Shown: in pieces, positions 18,383 through 28,359 of the stretch | How positions within the stretch are numbered: the first letter of the stretch is position 1 | Layout: each line of letters starts with the position of its first letter | From: a virus | Taxonomy: Duplodnaviria > Caudoviricetes | Length of the DNA: 53,262 nucleotides | Reading direction: 5' to 3' (one strand) | Virus record (IMG/VR): IMGVR_UViG_3300013285_000020 | Span: 1-53,262 of that record | Notes under the pieces: generated by a model | Seen by the model: only the letters and a program-made list of their open reading frames with translations | Database searches by the model: none | Told to the model about the DNA's origin: nothing | Program-made: the position numbers and the translations under genes

Positions 18383-19074
18383 TTTATTTCTACTTCATCT
18401 AATATTTCTTTTACCAGCATGACATCTGCTGGTACTTCTTTAAACTTGCGCAACCAATATGGCACATCAAATGCTGGAGCAATCATATTTAATTGTTCGT
18501 CACTCATCTTCTGTAACATATCTTTACCAGTAACACTGTTCAACATAACCCAGCAACTGATTCGACCATTCAAAATATCATGTACTGCTCTATTAAGACT
18601 AACATAGTTAAAGTAATGTGCAAAATTTGCATTATGCTCATCGCCCCATTCCATCATTGTTTGCAATGTACGCTGTACTGCTGACTCTACTGGTTCAGTC
18701 TTTAAAACTTCAAACAAATATGCATTGTACAAATCATCACGGCACCAACGATCCAATTTAGTGCCACTTTTAATAACATAGTCAACAAACTTTTCTGGAT
18801 ATAGGGGGTTTACGTTGTTTAGGAAACTGCCAAATTTTACGAACGCATTATAGTATGCGGTGTCACAAAATTCGTTATATGTTTTAAGTTTTTTACCGCC
18901 CTGGGCCAACTGCCAGAAACGATTAAATGCCATGTAACCAGCCTGCACACGTTTTTCTTTTTCTTGTAGTGCTCTGCGTTTACGTTCACACATATGAGCC
19001 ACAAGAGTTTTTTCCTGCATAAAATTCTTATTGCAGTGAATACATTTAAATGGTTGTGGCACAAGTGCAATCAT
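18379..19074 (-). CDS. Hypothetical protein with N-terminal zinc finger
   Basis: FKCIHCNKNFMQEKTLVAHMC (C2HC-type). Confidence 0.65.
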   Translation of the reverse strand: MIALVPQPFKCIHCNKNFMQEKTLVAHMCERKRRALQEKEKRVQAGYMAFNRFWQLAQGGKKLKTYNEFCDTAYYNAFVKFGSFLNNVNPLYPEKFVDYVIKSGTKLDRWCRDDLYNAYLFEVLKTEPVESAVQRTLQTMMEWGDEHNANFAHYFNYVSLNRAVHDILNGRISCWVMLNSVTGKDMLQKMSDEQLNMIAPAFDVPYWLRKFKEVPADVMLVKEILDEVEIK

Positions 19075-19283
19075 TTGTTAAGTTTAAATTTGTTTAAAAT
19101 GGTGTTAGCCTCATCCATGTTTTCAACAACTGGTTCAGGGTACACTGGAATCATTTTAATTGTAAATTTATTTGGGGATTTAGGATCGTGCGATACAACA
19201 ACAGAGTGTGTTGTGGAGTTCCACCTAGGCCCATTGAAGTTTAAATTTAATGACCTAATACTACTGTAATCAAAATTATTCAT
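19071..19283 (-). CDS. Small hypothetical protein
   Basis: ORF fills the gap between coupled genes; start chosen at ATG 19283. Confidence 0.45.
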   Translation of the reverse strand: MNNFDYSSIRSLNLNFNGPRWNSTTHSVVVSHDPKSPNKFTIKMIPVYPEPVVENMDEANTILNKFKLNK

Positions 19284-19740
19284 ACTCTTTCCTTTGCTTT
19301 TTATCAAAGCCCATTTTGTCAAATAGTTCTTCTTTATCTTCTTTAGTTAACATTTTGGCCCAAATCTTAATGTCTCCCAACTTCATTGTGGGATTCAATT
19401 CAGCCAATAACTTTTCAATTTTATTACTTTTTTCTTTCTTACCTGCGGCAAGATACGGATGGTATAGGTTTACACCAGTGCCAGTTGCCGCAAACAATTT
19501 CCACAGCAACCCTCGATGGTTTTTACTCAAATCCCAATGATTTTTATTAACTAACTCATTGGTCATTTCAACACACCATTCTTGTATATCTCTGTCAGGC
19601 ATTTTTACGTTACTGGTATAACGCATTAAGATATATGGACTGAACGCTTTTTTTTCTTCGTCAGTTAGGTTATCATAGAAACTATAATCTTTTTGATCTA
19701 CTGCTCTTAGTTCACGTTGAATGTCAAGTTTTGCGGCCAC
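19276..19740 (-). CDS. Hypothetical protein, possibly clamp-loader small subunit (T4 gp62-like)
   Basis: FSPYILMRYTS...MTNE segment and size resemble gp62; recognised by eye only. Confidence 0.45.
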   Translation of the reverse strand: MAAKLDIQRELRAVDQKDYSFYDNLTDEEKKAFSPYILMRYTSNVKMPDRDIQEWCVEMTNELVNKNHWDLSKNHRGLLWKLFAATGTGVNLYHPYLAAGKKEKSNKIEKLLAELNPTMKLGDIKIWAKMLTKEDKEELFDKMGFDKKQRKEYE

Positions 19741-20020
19741 TGTCCTTGTCCTTACTTAGATAATATAATATTTTAACACGTTCCAGGGCTTCTTGTAAAG
19801 CAATATTGGTTTTCGCCTCTCGTTTAATGTCACCCCAGAGTTTGCTTTCTTTTATATGTTCGTATAGTGGGCGGCCGTCATCAGTGCGCGGATCTGGTTT
19901 ATTTTCCATTTCGTATTTGTACCCAATTAATTTACGCTCAGTTTGACCTACTTCACGAGCGTATATTTCTTCGCCGTTGCGCTCATAAACATAAGTAGCT
20001 CCTGGTTTAAGAGTTCCCAT
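19724..20020 (-). CDS. Hypothetical protein
   Basis: 98-aa ORF within the operon. Confidence 0.6.
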   Translation of the reverse strand: MGTLKPGATYVYERNGEEIYAREVGQTERKLIGYKYEMENKPDPRTDDGRPLYEHIKESKLWGDIKREAKTNIALQEALERVKILYYLSKDKDSGRKT

Positions 20021-20021
20021 A

Positions 20022-20525
20022 TTACCAACATTTAGTATAATCTACAATCTCACTTTGACGACTAATTTCTTTAACAAAATAAGCACATTGTGGTTTAGGT
20101 CCAGATTCTAAAGGCGTACATAATAGTTGTCCTGGACGCATTTTAGGAAAGTACCATTTAACATCTTGATAAACATCAATGATATCAATGTCTAAAAACT
20201 CAGGTCTAAAACTACTTCTTGGATTGAAACAAAATGTTCTAAATCCTCTGTCATTTAAACTGGTAAGTGGCAATACTTCCATTTCAGGACCTTCTGGATC
20301 TCCGACAATAGTACACCAGTCTAATGGCATTGTGATTTCATGTTTACCAATTTTAAGTACAACCGCAGGACCTGTAAAACTTTCTAAAAAGATTAATGGA
20401 ATAAACATGTGATCTGGATTTTGATTATCACTGTTGTCCAATACTGCAAACCTCAAATCATCATCTATCTCATCTGGTAGATTGTTGAGGTAAAATACCT
20501 CGTTTTCAACTGTTAGTATTTGCAT
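20022..20525 (-). CDS. Hypothetical beta-rich protein
   Basis: 167-aa ORF directly downstream of the UvsW-like helicase. Confidence 0.65.
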   Translation of the reverse strand: MQILTVENEVFYLNNLPDEIDDDLRFAVLDNSDNQNPDHMFIPLIFLESFTGPAVVLKIGKHEITMPLDWCTIVGDPEGPEMEVLPLTSLNDRGFRTFCFNPRSSFRPEFLDIDIIDVYQDVKWYFPKMRPGQLLCTPLESGPKPQCAYFVKEISRQSEIVDYTKCW

Positions 20526-20527
20526 TA

Positions 20528-22018
20528 TTAGTATTTTACCTTTTGTATTGTGAATGGATATTTTGCATCCTTGTAGAATTTTTTACGTTCTGTTAAATGC
20601 CGTTTAGCGTATTTGCTTGCGGCTGTTAAGTCCCAGATCTGGACGAAGTCTTTGTCATCGGCTTTTCTAATGCCTCGGCCAATTGATTGTATAACGCGGA
20701 CAAAGCTCTTTCCGGGCTCAAGAAGAACCAGATTAAAAATACGGGGGATATTAATACCCACAGCGGCCACACCGTAAGTCGCCACAATAATCTTGTTAGT
20801 AGATGTTTTAATCTCGTCATATTCTTCTTTTCTATCTTTTGTTTTTACTTCACCGGAAACAAATACCGCTTCTGGTAGTTTTTCAATCATGTACTTACCT
20901 GAATCGATTCTATTGACCAATACCAATGTATTTCCAGTCAATGCAATAGATTGCACGGTATTACAAATGTAATCCATTCTAGTTTCATCAGTAACTAGAT
21001 ATTTTAATTCTTCAGCGTAACTACCAAATTCTTTCCACTCGGCAGTTTGTATAATATTGACATGGCAGTTACTTAATACCCCTGATTCTTGTAGCGTGTG
21101 TGCGTACACGTGGTTTGTAACTTCACCCAAACTTGCTTTGATACTTTGAAATTCGTGATCTGCTTTAGGTATTGTACCAGTCAATCCCCAACGAATAGGT
21201 GCCCTTGCTAAATTCCTAGTCAGCAAAGTTTTAAGTACGTCGGCCTTGGCCATGTGTACCTCATCTACCATAACACATTGAACATTATCCAATAACATTT
21301 CAAGTTTTGCACAGGCCACTTCGTCCCAATTTTTACTATTTTTATCTAAAATATTAAGACTTTGCCAAGTGCAAATTGTATGAGTTTTATCTAAATCTTT
21401 TCTGTCGCCGTAGTACACACCGACATCTAATTTACAGTTGATAAAGTCTTCTTCTGTCTGTTCAACAAGACTTTTGTTAGGTACAATGGTTATCGTACGA
21501 CCGTATTTTTCACAGATTTTGCTCAGTGTAGCAGTGGTAATTGTCTTACCAAAACCAGTGGCAATTTCTTGTATGCTTTGTGGATATTCTAAAAATTTAT
21601 TAATGACTTCAACTTGGTCGTCACGCAATCTAATTTTTTCACCAGCAAATCTATGTCCGTCTGGCCATGTTTGATCACCCCAAAAATCATCAGAAATTTT
21701 GTCAAAACTGAGGTCTAGAGGAATACGCTGATCTTCCACTTCAATGTAGAAGTTCTTACTTTCTAAATATTCTAAAACTTGCGGAAGCATACTCATGTAC
21801 GTGGTTCCACCTAATCCAAAGAAACTTATAGTGCCGTCCCATCTACCCAATTTATATGCTGGTCTAAAGCGGGCACTGGGGTCTTCATATTTGAATTTTT
21901 TAACCAAGGCTTTGCGTGTATCAAGATCTAAATTTTCTATCTTAATGTTGACTTCGTCCTTAATAACAATTTTACAACTTGACAAAATCAAATCCTTCGC
22001 GCTTGGTACCATCCCCAA
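20528..22018 (-). CDS. uvsW: SF2 DNA helicase, UvsW-like (true start may be slightly downstream)
   Basis: ATGFGKT, VDEVH, GLTGT and QSIGRGIR; next to uvsY/uvsX. Confidence 0.85.
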   Translation of the reverse strand: MGMVPSAKDLILSSCKIVIKDEVNIKIENLDLDTRKALVKKFKYEDPSARFRPAYKLGRWDGTISFFGLGGTTYMSMLPQVLEYLESKNFYIEVEDQRIPLDLSFDKISDDFWGDQTWPDGHRFAGEKIRLRDDQVEVINKFLEYPQSIQEIATGFGKTITTATLSKICEKYGRTITIVPNKSLVEQTEEDFINCKLDVGVYYGDRKDLDKTHTICTWQSLNILDKNSKNWDEVACAKLEMLLDNVQCVMVDEVHMAKADVLKTLLTRNLARAPIRWGLTGTIPKADHEFQSIKASLGEVTNHVYAHTLQESGVLSNCHVNIIQTAEWKEFGSYAEELKYLVTDETRMDYICNTVQSIALTGNTLVLVNRIDSGKYMIEKLPEAVFVSGEVKTKDRKEEYDEIKTSTNKIIVATYGVAAVGINIPRIFNLVLLEPGKSFVRVIQSIGRGIRKADDKDFVQIWDLTAASKYAKRHLTERKKFYKDAKYPFTIQKVKY

Positions 22019-23162
22019 AATTAATGAAATTTTGGTGGTGGTTTGTGTATTCTTTTAGGGTATAATGTGCAGTGGGATAACCCATGTTTATTACACTGTT
22101 AAATTTTATTCCTGATTTAATTAATGGTTTTGGCAGTTTAGTACTGACAAACACTATTTTAGTTTCTTCAGAAATTGGACCATTTAGACCCTGATTTTTA
22201 ACAAAATCGTTGAATTTTTTACCGGTTTCGTTTGGTAATCTGAACAAAACACTCATGTCTTTATCAGCAATACCACACCCCTGCAGAATATTGTAAATGC
22301 CCAGTATTTTTAACTCTTCACTCCCGCCTGGGATGATTACCATAGTAGGTGAACAATGTGTTATTACCAGTCGCAATGCTTCTTTTCCCATATCTGACGG
22401 GTCAATTTTGAATTCTTTTGAAATATTTGATTGCAGGAATTTTCTAATTAATGGATTGATGTCAGCATCGTTCAGATACGTATTGATGTTATCATCCCAC
22501 AATGTAACTCCCATGTTACGTGCTTGAAAAATTGCACTGACAATGTCATCGGTGTCAATTTCAGGCATATTTTTTGAAGAATTTTTGATTTTTAAAGATC
22601 CATCTTCAATCACTAACATAGGTGCATATTTTTCCATTTCCATCAAGGTATTTTCGACCGAGTCAACATACCTTTGAAATTCTTCATCAAATGTAAAATT
22701 GCTTTGACTACAAAAATCCATTAAAAATTGGATATTTTGCTCACTTACGTTGAATAACCAAGCAGTTGAGTCTCGATCCCATTCAACTGAACTATGCATG
22801 GTCCGGTCAGCCTTAAATTTTCGAATCTTACCAACACTCTCGTCACTAAATGGAAATCTAACTTCAATAACATCACCGGAAGGTCTATCTTTTAGGATTT
22901 TTACGGTCTGTTCTGTGACACTTTTTCTGATTTTTAGCCGATATTTAGGAAACGTCAAATGATGTGACACATCACCGTCTATTTTTTGTGATAGCAGTGG
23001 GTAATACCGGTTAAGTATGCGTAATGCTAGACCACATTGCTTTTCAGTGAAACCAGTATCGGTTAAAAATTGGTCAGAAAAGCTGTGTAGGATAGTTAGA
23101 TCAGATGAATTGATCCCTTGACGCAACAATGCCAGTTGTCTGATTAGATCTTCTATATACAT
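21972..23162 (-). CDS. Hypothetical protein
   Basis: About 400-aa ORF between uvsY and uvsW; likely ATG at 23162. Confidence 0.65.
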   Translation of the reverse strand: MYIEDLIRQLALLRQGINSSDLTILHSFSDQFLTDTGFTEKQCGLALRILNRYYPLLSQKIDGDVSHHLTFPKYRLKIRKSVTEQTVKILKDRPSGDVIEVRFPFSDESVGKIRKFKADRTMHSSVEWDRDSTAWLFNVSEQNIQFLMDFCSQSNFTFDEEFQRYVDSVENTLMEMEKYAPMLVIEDGSLKIKNSSKNMPEIDTDDIVSAIFQARNMGVTLWDDNINTYLNDADINPLIRKFLQSNISKEFKIDPSDMGKEALRLVITHCSPTMVIIPGGSEELKILGIYNILQGCGIADKDMSVLFRLPNETGKKFNDFVKNQGLNGPISEETKIVFVSTKLPKPLIKSGIKFNSVINMGYPTAHYTLKEYTNHHQNFINFGDGTKREGFDFVKL

Positions 23163-23177
23163 AATGCTATTATACAC

Positions 23178-23633
23178 TCATAGTGAAATATCTTCAAGAC
23201 CTGCGGCCCTTAATTTAATGATATTACTCAATTGCCATTGTTTGATGTCCAGACCTTTGATAATGCCCAACCATTGGTTACGCAACATAGCAAATTCATT
23301 GATAACTTTTTCCATATCAATTACATCTGCTTCGCCCTCGACATATTTTTCAACATCTCTACTACTTAGAGCACGTTGATAGTTTTCTAAATATTTTCTA
23401 AATGTTTTAGATTTAAGTCTGCGTAATTCGATGTTAAGATATTCTAAAATAGCTTCAATTTCTTGAAGCTGATTAAATCTATGTTCGACAATCCCAGGCA
23501 ACTGAGCAGAAGCTTTTTCTACGCTACCATAGATTTTAACTTCTGCTCTTGCTGTGTCAATTTCATTATAAAAATGATCTAAACAATCTGGAAGGTGTGC
23601 TATATCTTTGCTGACTTTAGCATACCAAGTCAT
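23178..23633 (-). CDS. uvsY: Recombination mediator, UvsY-like
   Basis: Helical 151-aa protein with YVEGEAD and KQWQLSNIIKLR; located beside uvsX. Confidence 0.7.
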   Translation of the reverse strand: MTWYAKVSKDIAHLPDCLDHFYNEIDTARAEVKIYGSVEKASAQLPGIVEHRFNQLQEIEAILEYLNIELRRLKSKTFRKYLENYQRALSSRDVEKYVEGEADVIDMEKVINEFAMLRNQWLGIIKGLDIKQWQLSNIIKLRAAGLEDISL

Positions 23634-23635
23634 AA

Positions 23636-23884
23636 TTAATCCTCGTCTTCATCGTAGGAGTAATCATCTTCGTCATCTTCGTCTTCTTCTGCATCTTTAT
23701 TCAAAACCAGTTTAATTGCCTCATCCAAATGAGGGTCAAAACCAGTGATAGATTCCAACGTACGGTCACTTACATCTTTGCCAACTAAAAAATCAACAAA
23801 ATGGTTTGCCGCAATTTCTTTATTTTTATCGGTGATGTATTCTTTAAAAATATCCCAAACTTCGATGATGTAATCTTCTTCCAT
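23636..23884 (-). CDS. Hypothetical protein with acidic tail
   Basis: 82 aa with an Asp/Glu-rich C-terminus. Confidence 0.6.
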   Translation of the reverse strand: MEEDYIIEVWDIFKEYITDKNKEIAANHFVDFLVGKDVSDRTLESITGFDPHLDEAIKLVLNKDAEEDEDDEDDYSYDEDED

Positions 23885-24943
23885 TTATTCCTCGTTTTCT
23901 GTTTCAGTTAAAATTACAGGTTGACCCACAAGTGATGAATCCCATTCCTGCATAATGGACATTAGCTTGTCTTCGGTCCAACCCTTACGGAAGAACGCGG
24001 TTACTTCGCCTGTCTTCTTACTTATATATTGTAACTTATTGCCAGACTTTGTCAAGACGCCCATCTTTTCAAACATGTCAACTAGACCGCTAGTTGGCTT
24101 CATACCTGTCGAGTATGGGATTTGTACCTGTACAGATTCAAACGGTTTTGCATAACGAGTTTTCATGATTTTGCAAGCAGACCGAATACCAACAACATCT
24201 GAGATCTTGTTACCATCTTCATCTTCTTTCAATTTCAATTTTTTCATTGCAACAACAATTGAACTTGCATAGATAAATCCTTGACCGCCGCTAATTTTAT
24301 CATCTGGGTCAAACATATCTTGACTTGCGTATGTGTGATTAGTACAAATCATACCTACGTTGTAACTGCCAAACATGTTAACACAGTTACGAACAAGACT
24401 AGTAAGTGCTTTAGGTTTACGGCCCATGTCACCTTTCATCTCGCCTGCTTCAAACTGGTTTACGTCAGTTGGAGTTAACAACATACCCAACGAGTCGATA
24501 ACAAACAATACTTTTGGACGTTCATCCGCTGGCATAACTTTGTATTCTTTCATGAACTCTGAAATAGTTTTAGCTACGTCATCAATCATGGCCATGTTGA
24601 GTTTTAGAAGTTTATCTTCAGTAGTGTCTACACCCAAATCGTGCAACCACTTTTCGTCAAGGGCGTTTTCACTATCAACTAGGATAACAAAAATACCTTG
24701 TTCTTGTGCGGCCTTAATAATATTGCCTGAGCAAATATAACTCTTGCCTGCGCCACTCTCACCAGCAAATACTGTTACCTTACCCAAAGGGACTCCCTTA
24801 AAGAAGTCCCCCGAGATAAGATAATTCAAAGCATAGTTGCCAGTGCTGATCCAGTCTGTTGGATCATTAAAACCAATTCCTAAGCCATCAATACTTTTAG
24901 TGATAGACTTACGGAACTTTGAAATATCAAAGCTCTTTACCAT
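23885..24943 (-). CDS. uvsX: RecA-like recombinase UvsX
   Basis: GESGAGKS, DSENALD, IDSLG, NHTY and SGGQG. Confidence 0.92.
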   Translation of the reverse strand: MVKSFDISKFRKSITKSIDGLGIGFNDPTDWISTGNYALNYLISGDFFKGVPLGKVTVFAGESGAGKSYICSGNIIKAAQEQGIFVILVDSENALDEKWLHDLGVDTTEDKLLKLNMAMIDDVAKTISEFMKEYKVMPADERPKVLFVIDSLGMLLTPTDVNQFEAGEMKGDMGRKPKALTSLVRNCVNMFGSYNVGMICTNHTYASQDMFDPDDKISGGQGFIYASSIVVAMKKLKLKEDEDGNKISDVVGIRSACKIMKTRYAKPFESVQVQIPYSTGMKPTSGLVDMFEKMGVLTKSGNKLQYISKKTGEVTAFFRKGWTEDKLMSIMQEWDSSLVGQPVILTETENEE

Positions 24944-24956
24944 GTCTATCTCCTAA

Positions 24957-25973
24957 TTATTGAGTTTGTTGGCGTTTGCGAATCATTGCAATGATGTCGC
25001 TTGCACGGCTACTTGCTTCGCCACCTGCGCTAGAACTAGCGGCTGGTGTTGAAGTTGCCACTGGAGCATCGTCCCATGGAGGAGTTTCATCAGCATCTTC
25101 AGCTACTGGAGCAGGAGTTGCTTTTGGTGCCGCTGGAGCTGGACGTGGTGCCGCTGGAGCTGTAGATTGGTTGTTATTACCAAAATTTCCACGCATACCA
25201 TCTGGCTTGAAGTACTGTCCCCAACGATCCATGTCAAATGCGTCACCATCAACTGATGCTTCAAACATTTCTTTCATTACCTTAAGCTCAACATCAGTTG
25301 GCTTTTTAGGCAAGAAGCTCTTCAAATCGTGAAGTCCATACTGTGCAATTGCCGCATTTTCAGCTTCGCTCAGAGCACGTTCGCGACGTGACCAAGTTGA
25401 AGTTGTGTAGTCAGCATAACCACCTTTGCTAGTCTTAGCAATCTTGAAGTCCAAGCCACGGACATAGTCTGTTGGCAATTCTTCAATTTCACTATCCATT
25501 AAAGCATTCTTAACAATGTTAAAAATTTGGCTGCTCATGATGAATCGACGAATTGGATTCTCAGGAACTTTGTCTTCTTGTAGTTTGCTATCAACTACTA
25601 AACCTTGGAACAAGTAAGACTTCTTTTTCCAGTACTTACGACCCAATTCTTCCAAGTTCTTATCTTTGAACCATGGACGCACTTCTTGTAGAATTGGGCA
25701 AGACTCTCCCCACATTTCCATACAAGGAACTTGTACTGTAACGGGTTTTGAATTTGTGTCGCCCTTAACTCCTGCGAAAGGCAATTTGATCATTGCACGT
25801 TCGATCCAGAAAAAAGTGTTGTTGGGGTCTGCGTCAGGAAGGAATCTGACTGTTGCTGTTTGTCCTTCTGCAATATTCCAATGTGCGAAAATTGCGTTGT
25901 CACCACCGCCGCTACCAGTGTTTTGTTGAGATGAAGCCTGAAGCTTCGCGCGGATTTCTGCTAAAGTTGCCAT
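24957..25973 (-). CDS. Single-stranded DNA-binding protein (T4 gp32-like)
   Basis: VRFLPD, CMEMWGESCP, DFKIAKT..GGYADY and an acidic/Ala-Pro-rich tail. Confidence 0.85.
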   Translation of the reverse strand: MATLAEIRAKLQASSQQNTGSGGGDNAIFAHWNIAEGQTATVRFLPDADPNNTFFWIERAMIKLPFAGVKGDTNSKPVTVQVPCMEMWGESCPILQEVRPWFKDKNLEELGRKYWKKKSYLFQGLVVDSKLQEDKVPENPIRRFIMSSQIFNIVKNALMDSEIEELPTDYVRGLDFKIAKTSKGGYADYTTSTWSRRERALSEAENAAIAQYGLHDLKSFLPKKPTDVELKVMKEMFEASVDGDAFDMDRWGQYFKPDGMRGNFGNNNQSTAPAAPRPAPAAPKATPAPVAEDADETPPWDDAPVATSTPAASSSAGGEASSRASDIIAMIRKRQQTQ

Positions 25974-26028
25974 AATGTTTTTCCTTAATAAATGTTATAT
26001 TATGCCTCTTCTTATTAGCCTACTGACT

Positions 26029-26066
26029 AAAAGAAAAATGTGTGCATACGGTTAAGTATACACACA
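26029..26066 (-). terminator. Intrinsic terminator overlapping the gp32 promoter
   Basis: Minus strand reads TGTGTGTATAC-TTAACC-GTATGCACACA followed by TTTTTCTTTT. Confidence 0.65.
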
Positions 26067-26083
26067 TCTATTTATTATCGCAA
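26055..26083 (-). promoter_or_regulatory. sigma70-type promoter for the gp32-uvsX operon
   Basis: TTGCGA (26083-26078), 17-nt spacer, TG-TATACT (-10 box at 26060-26055). Confidence 0.65.
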
Positions 26084-26107
26084 CCTAAAATGGTGCTGAA
26101 ATGTGGG

Positions 26108-28351
26108 TTATTTTGCCAGACCAGATAATTTTAAAATATCAGCCATTTCTGGAACAATTTGTTTTGGATTGCCAGTCTTGTCCATGACGTCGCCGTGGCC
26201 CAAATCCAAACGCATTTTGTGATCTGCTATCCTACGGCTAAGTTCTTTCATTTTTACAGTATCGTGCTGTGCTTCTGCCTGTTGATAAAATTGAGTTAAT
26301 TTTTGTAATTGTGGACTTGCCTCGTATGCTTGATTAGCCAAATGATTGTTGACACCCCACATTGCCGCAATTAGTGCCGCGCCGCCAAGTATCTTACTAC
26401 CAATTCCTTCTTCTGCGCCCATAATATTATTGCCTGGTGCGTGTCCATTTTGTGTGACATCGCCAATGCCTTCCATTTTTTGTTTAACATTGTTTAATAA
26501 TTCTTTCAAACGACTTAGTCCGTCATCTTCAACTGAGCCATGTTCTGCTTCCCATTGCTTAGAAAGTTTTTCCATAAACTGCATTGCCAAACCTTCTGCT
26601 TGATTACCAACTTCTTCACCAAACATTTCGGCACATTTCTTCTTAATATCAAGTGCAATATTTGTTGCACCGTTAAATGGACCTACTTCTGGATTGTCTT
26701 CGTTGAAACGACTTTTAACAAGTTTAGCAACTTCCTTAACTACTGCTTCACGAGTTGGCATAGTTTTATTAGGCATGCCACCTGCTTCTTCATTTTCTTC
26801 AGCAGGTTGTTCTGTTCCAGCTTCAGGAGCAGGTGTTTGCTGTGGAGCTGTGTTGTCAACCAATCCCAATGCTGTAACTAACTTAGGGTAATTTTCGGTT
26901 GCCCACGGAGTTAGTACATCTTTAATAGGGTCTGCTTCTGGGTTGATGCTACTTTGTTCTTTAAATTTATCTGCTAATTCTGGATATAGTTCAATTAAAT
27001 CTGCAAAAAATTCAATTGCTGTTTGACCGTCATTGCCTAATTGTAATTTTCCATCTGGTAGTGCTTCAATTGCTGTTTGTAGTTCTTTAATTTGATCCTG
27101 TGCCAATTCACCGTGTTCAGTAGATGTAGCCCAGTCCTCAAATTCTACTTCTGGACCAAACCCTTCATCTTTTTTACTTGCCAGTTTTTCTGTTTCTCTA
27201 CGTGCTTTGTCGCTTAGGTTAGTAACTTTGCCACGGCCTTCTTTGCCTTTGGCCGGTTTCCATTCGCCTTCATCTTTCCAACTAACTACTTCACCTTTTT
27301 CATTTTTAGTTTCGGTACGCTCTTCACCTACATAATCTGCCAAGTTGACTGCATTAGTCTCACTCATAATTTTATGTAATAGTGGGAAGAAGTCTGTTAA
27401 TTCTTCTTGAAAACTTGTTTGTGTAAACTTTTGTTTATATTGTTCTAGAGTAACATCATCTAACATCATGTCACCCTCGTCTTCCATTCCGCCGTTGAAT
27501 TCACTGACCCAACTTTCATAATGATGACGCTTGCCCAATGCCGCTACCTGCGCTTTTAATTCGTTTAGTCGACCTATGGCACGCTCTGAAATTCCTGTAG
27601 CATCGTCGTGCAGTGTAGCAGTTCTAACTTTCTTTTGAAATTGCCCTAGTTGAGCAATTTGCTCGCTCATTTTAATAATTGCTTTGCCTGCTGGATCGTG
27701 CGGAACTCCGCCGTGGTCCACGTGTTGTGCCATTGCAAATGCACCAGCTGTATGAATGAACGGATATTTAAAACGTTCCCCATCTGCATTTTGAATAAAG
27801 ATTGATTTAATATGTTTTGGTTGGCTACGTGCGCCAGCATATGTTTCCTGGAAATTGTTTTTGTGTCTAACAATAACTTCAGTTTTGCCTGATGTAGCAC
27901 GGCTTGTTTTTGCACTACTCTTATTGTTCCAACGTGATTCGTTCATTGTTGTCATTTCTTGTTCTTCCTTAGGGGCTTGCGTGGTTGCTAAATGTTGAAA
28001 ATCTTTTTTATCAAGATTTGTCTTAGCAATATCACGTGTATCAAAACGCAATAGCCGACGCATAGCAAAAAATCTCATTTCTTTTAAGAAATGAAACCAT
28101 TGTTGTTTAATTGGATCATCGTGATTTTCTGTAATACCTTGGCTATAATAAATTTTTAAACTACCTAACTCAGCAAGGCTTACACTGACTCTACCTAAAT
28201 TTTTACCTTCAATTACTACATCAAAATCAAAGAAAAGTGCTTCTGCGGGATCAATAGTCACCGCACCTGTCTCGTCACCCATTTCCAAATTTTGGAAACG
28301 GCTACGGACTTTTTCGAATAAATCTTGGCTAATAATTTGAATAGGTGTCAT
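26108..28351 (-). CDS. Large acidic hypothetical protein, probably head-associated
   Basis: 747 aa, Glu-rich and modular; follows the terminase; TAAATA 5 nt before ATG. Confidence 0.6.
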   Translation of the reverse strand: MTPIQIISQDLFEKVRSRFQNLEMGDETGAVTIDPAEALFFDFDVVIEGKNLGRVSVSLAELGSLKIYYSQGITENHDDPIKQQWFHFLKEMRFFAMRRLLRFDTRDIAKTNLDKKDFQHLATTQAPKEEQEMTTMNESRWNNKSSAKTSRATSGKTEVIVRHKNNFQETYAGARSQPKHIKSIFIQNADGERFKYPFIHTAGAFAMAQHVDHGGVPHDPAGKAIIKMSEQIAQLGQFQKKVRTATLHDDATGISERAIGRLNELKAQVAALGKRHHYESWVSEFNGGMEDEGDMMLDDVTLEQYKQKFTQTSFQEELTDFFPLLHKIMSETNAVNLADYVGEERTETKNEKGEVVSWKDEGEWKPAKGKEGRGKVTNLSDKARRETEKLASKKDEGFGPEVEFEDWATSTEHGELAQDQIKELQTAIEALPDGKLQLGNDGQTAIEFFADLIELYPELADKFKEQSSINPEADPIKDVLTPWATENYPKLVTALGLVDNTAPQQTPAPEAGTEQPAEENEEAGGMPNKTMPTREAVVKEVAKLVKSRFNEDNPEVGPFNGATNIALDIKKKCAEMFGEEVGNQAEGLAMQFMEKLSKQWEAEHGSVEDDGLSRLKELLNNVKQKMEGIGDVTQNGHAPGNNIMGAEEGIGSKILGGAALIAAMWGVNNHLANQAYEASPQLQKLTQFYQQAEAQHDTVKMKELSRRIADHKMRLDLGHGDVMDKTGNPKQIVPEMADILKLSGLAK

Positions 28352-28359
28352 ATCTATAT

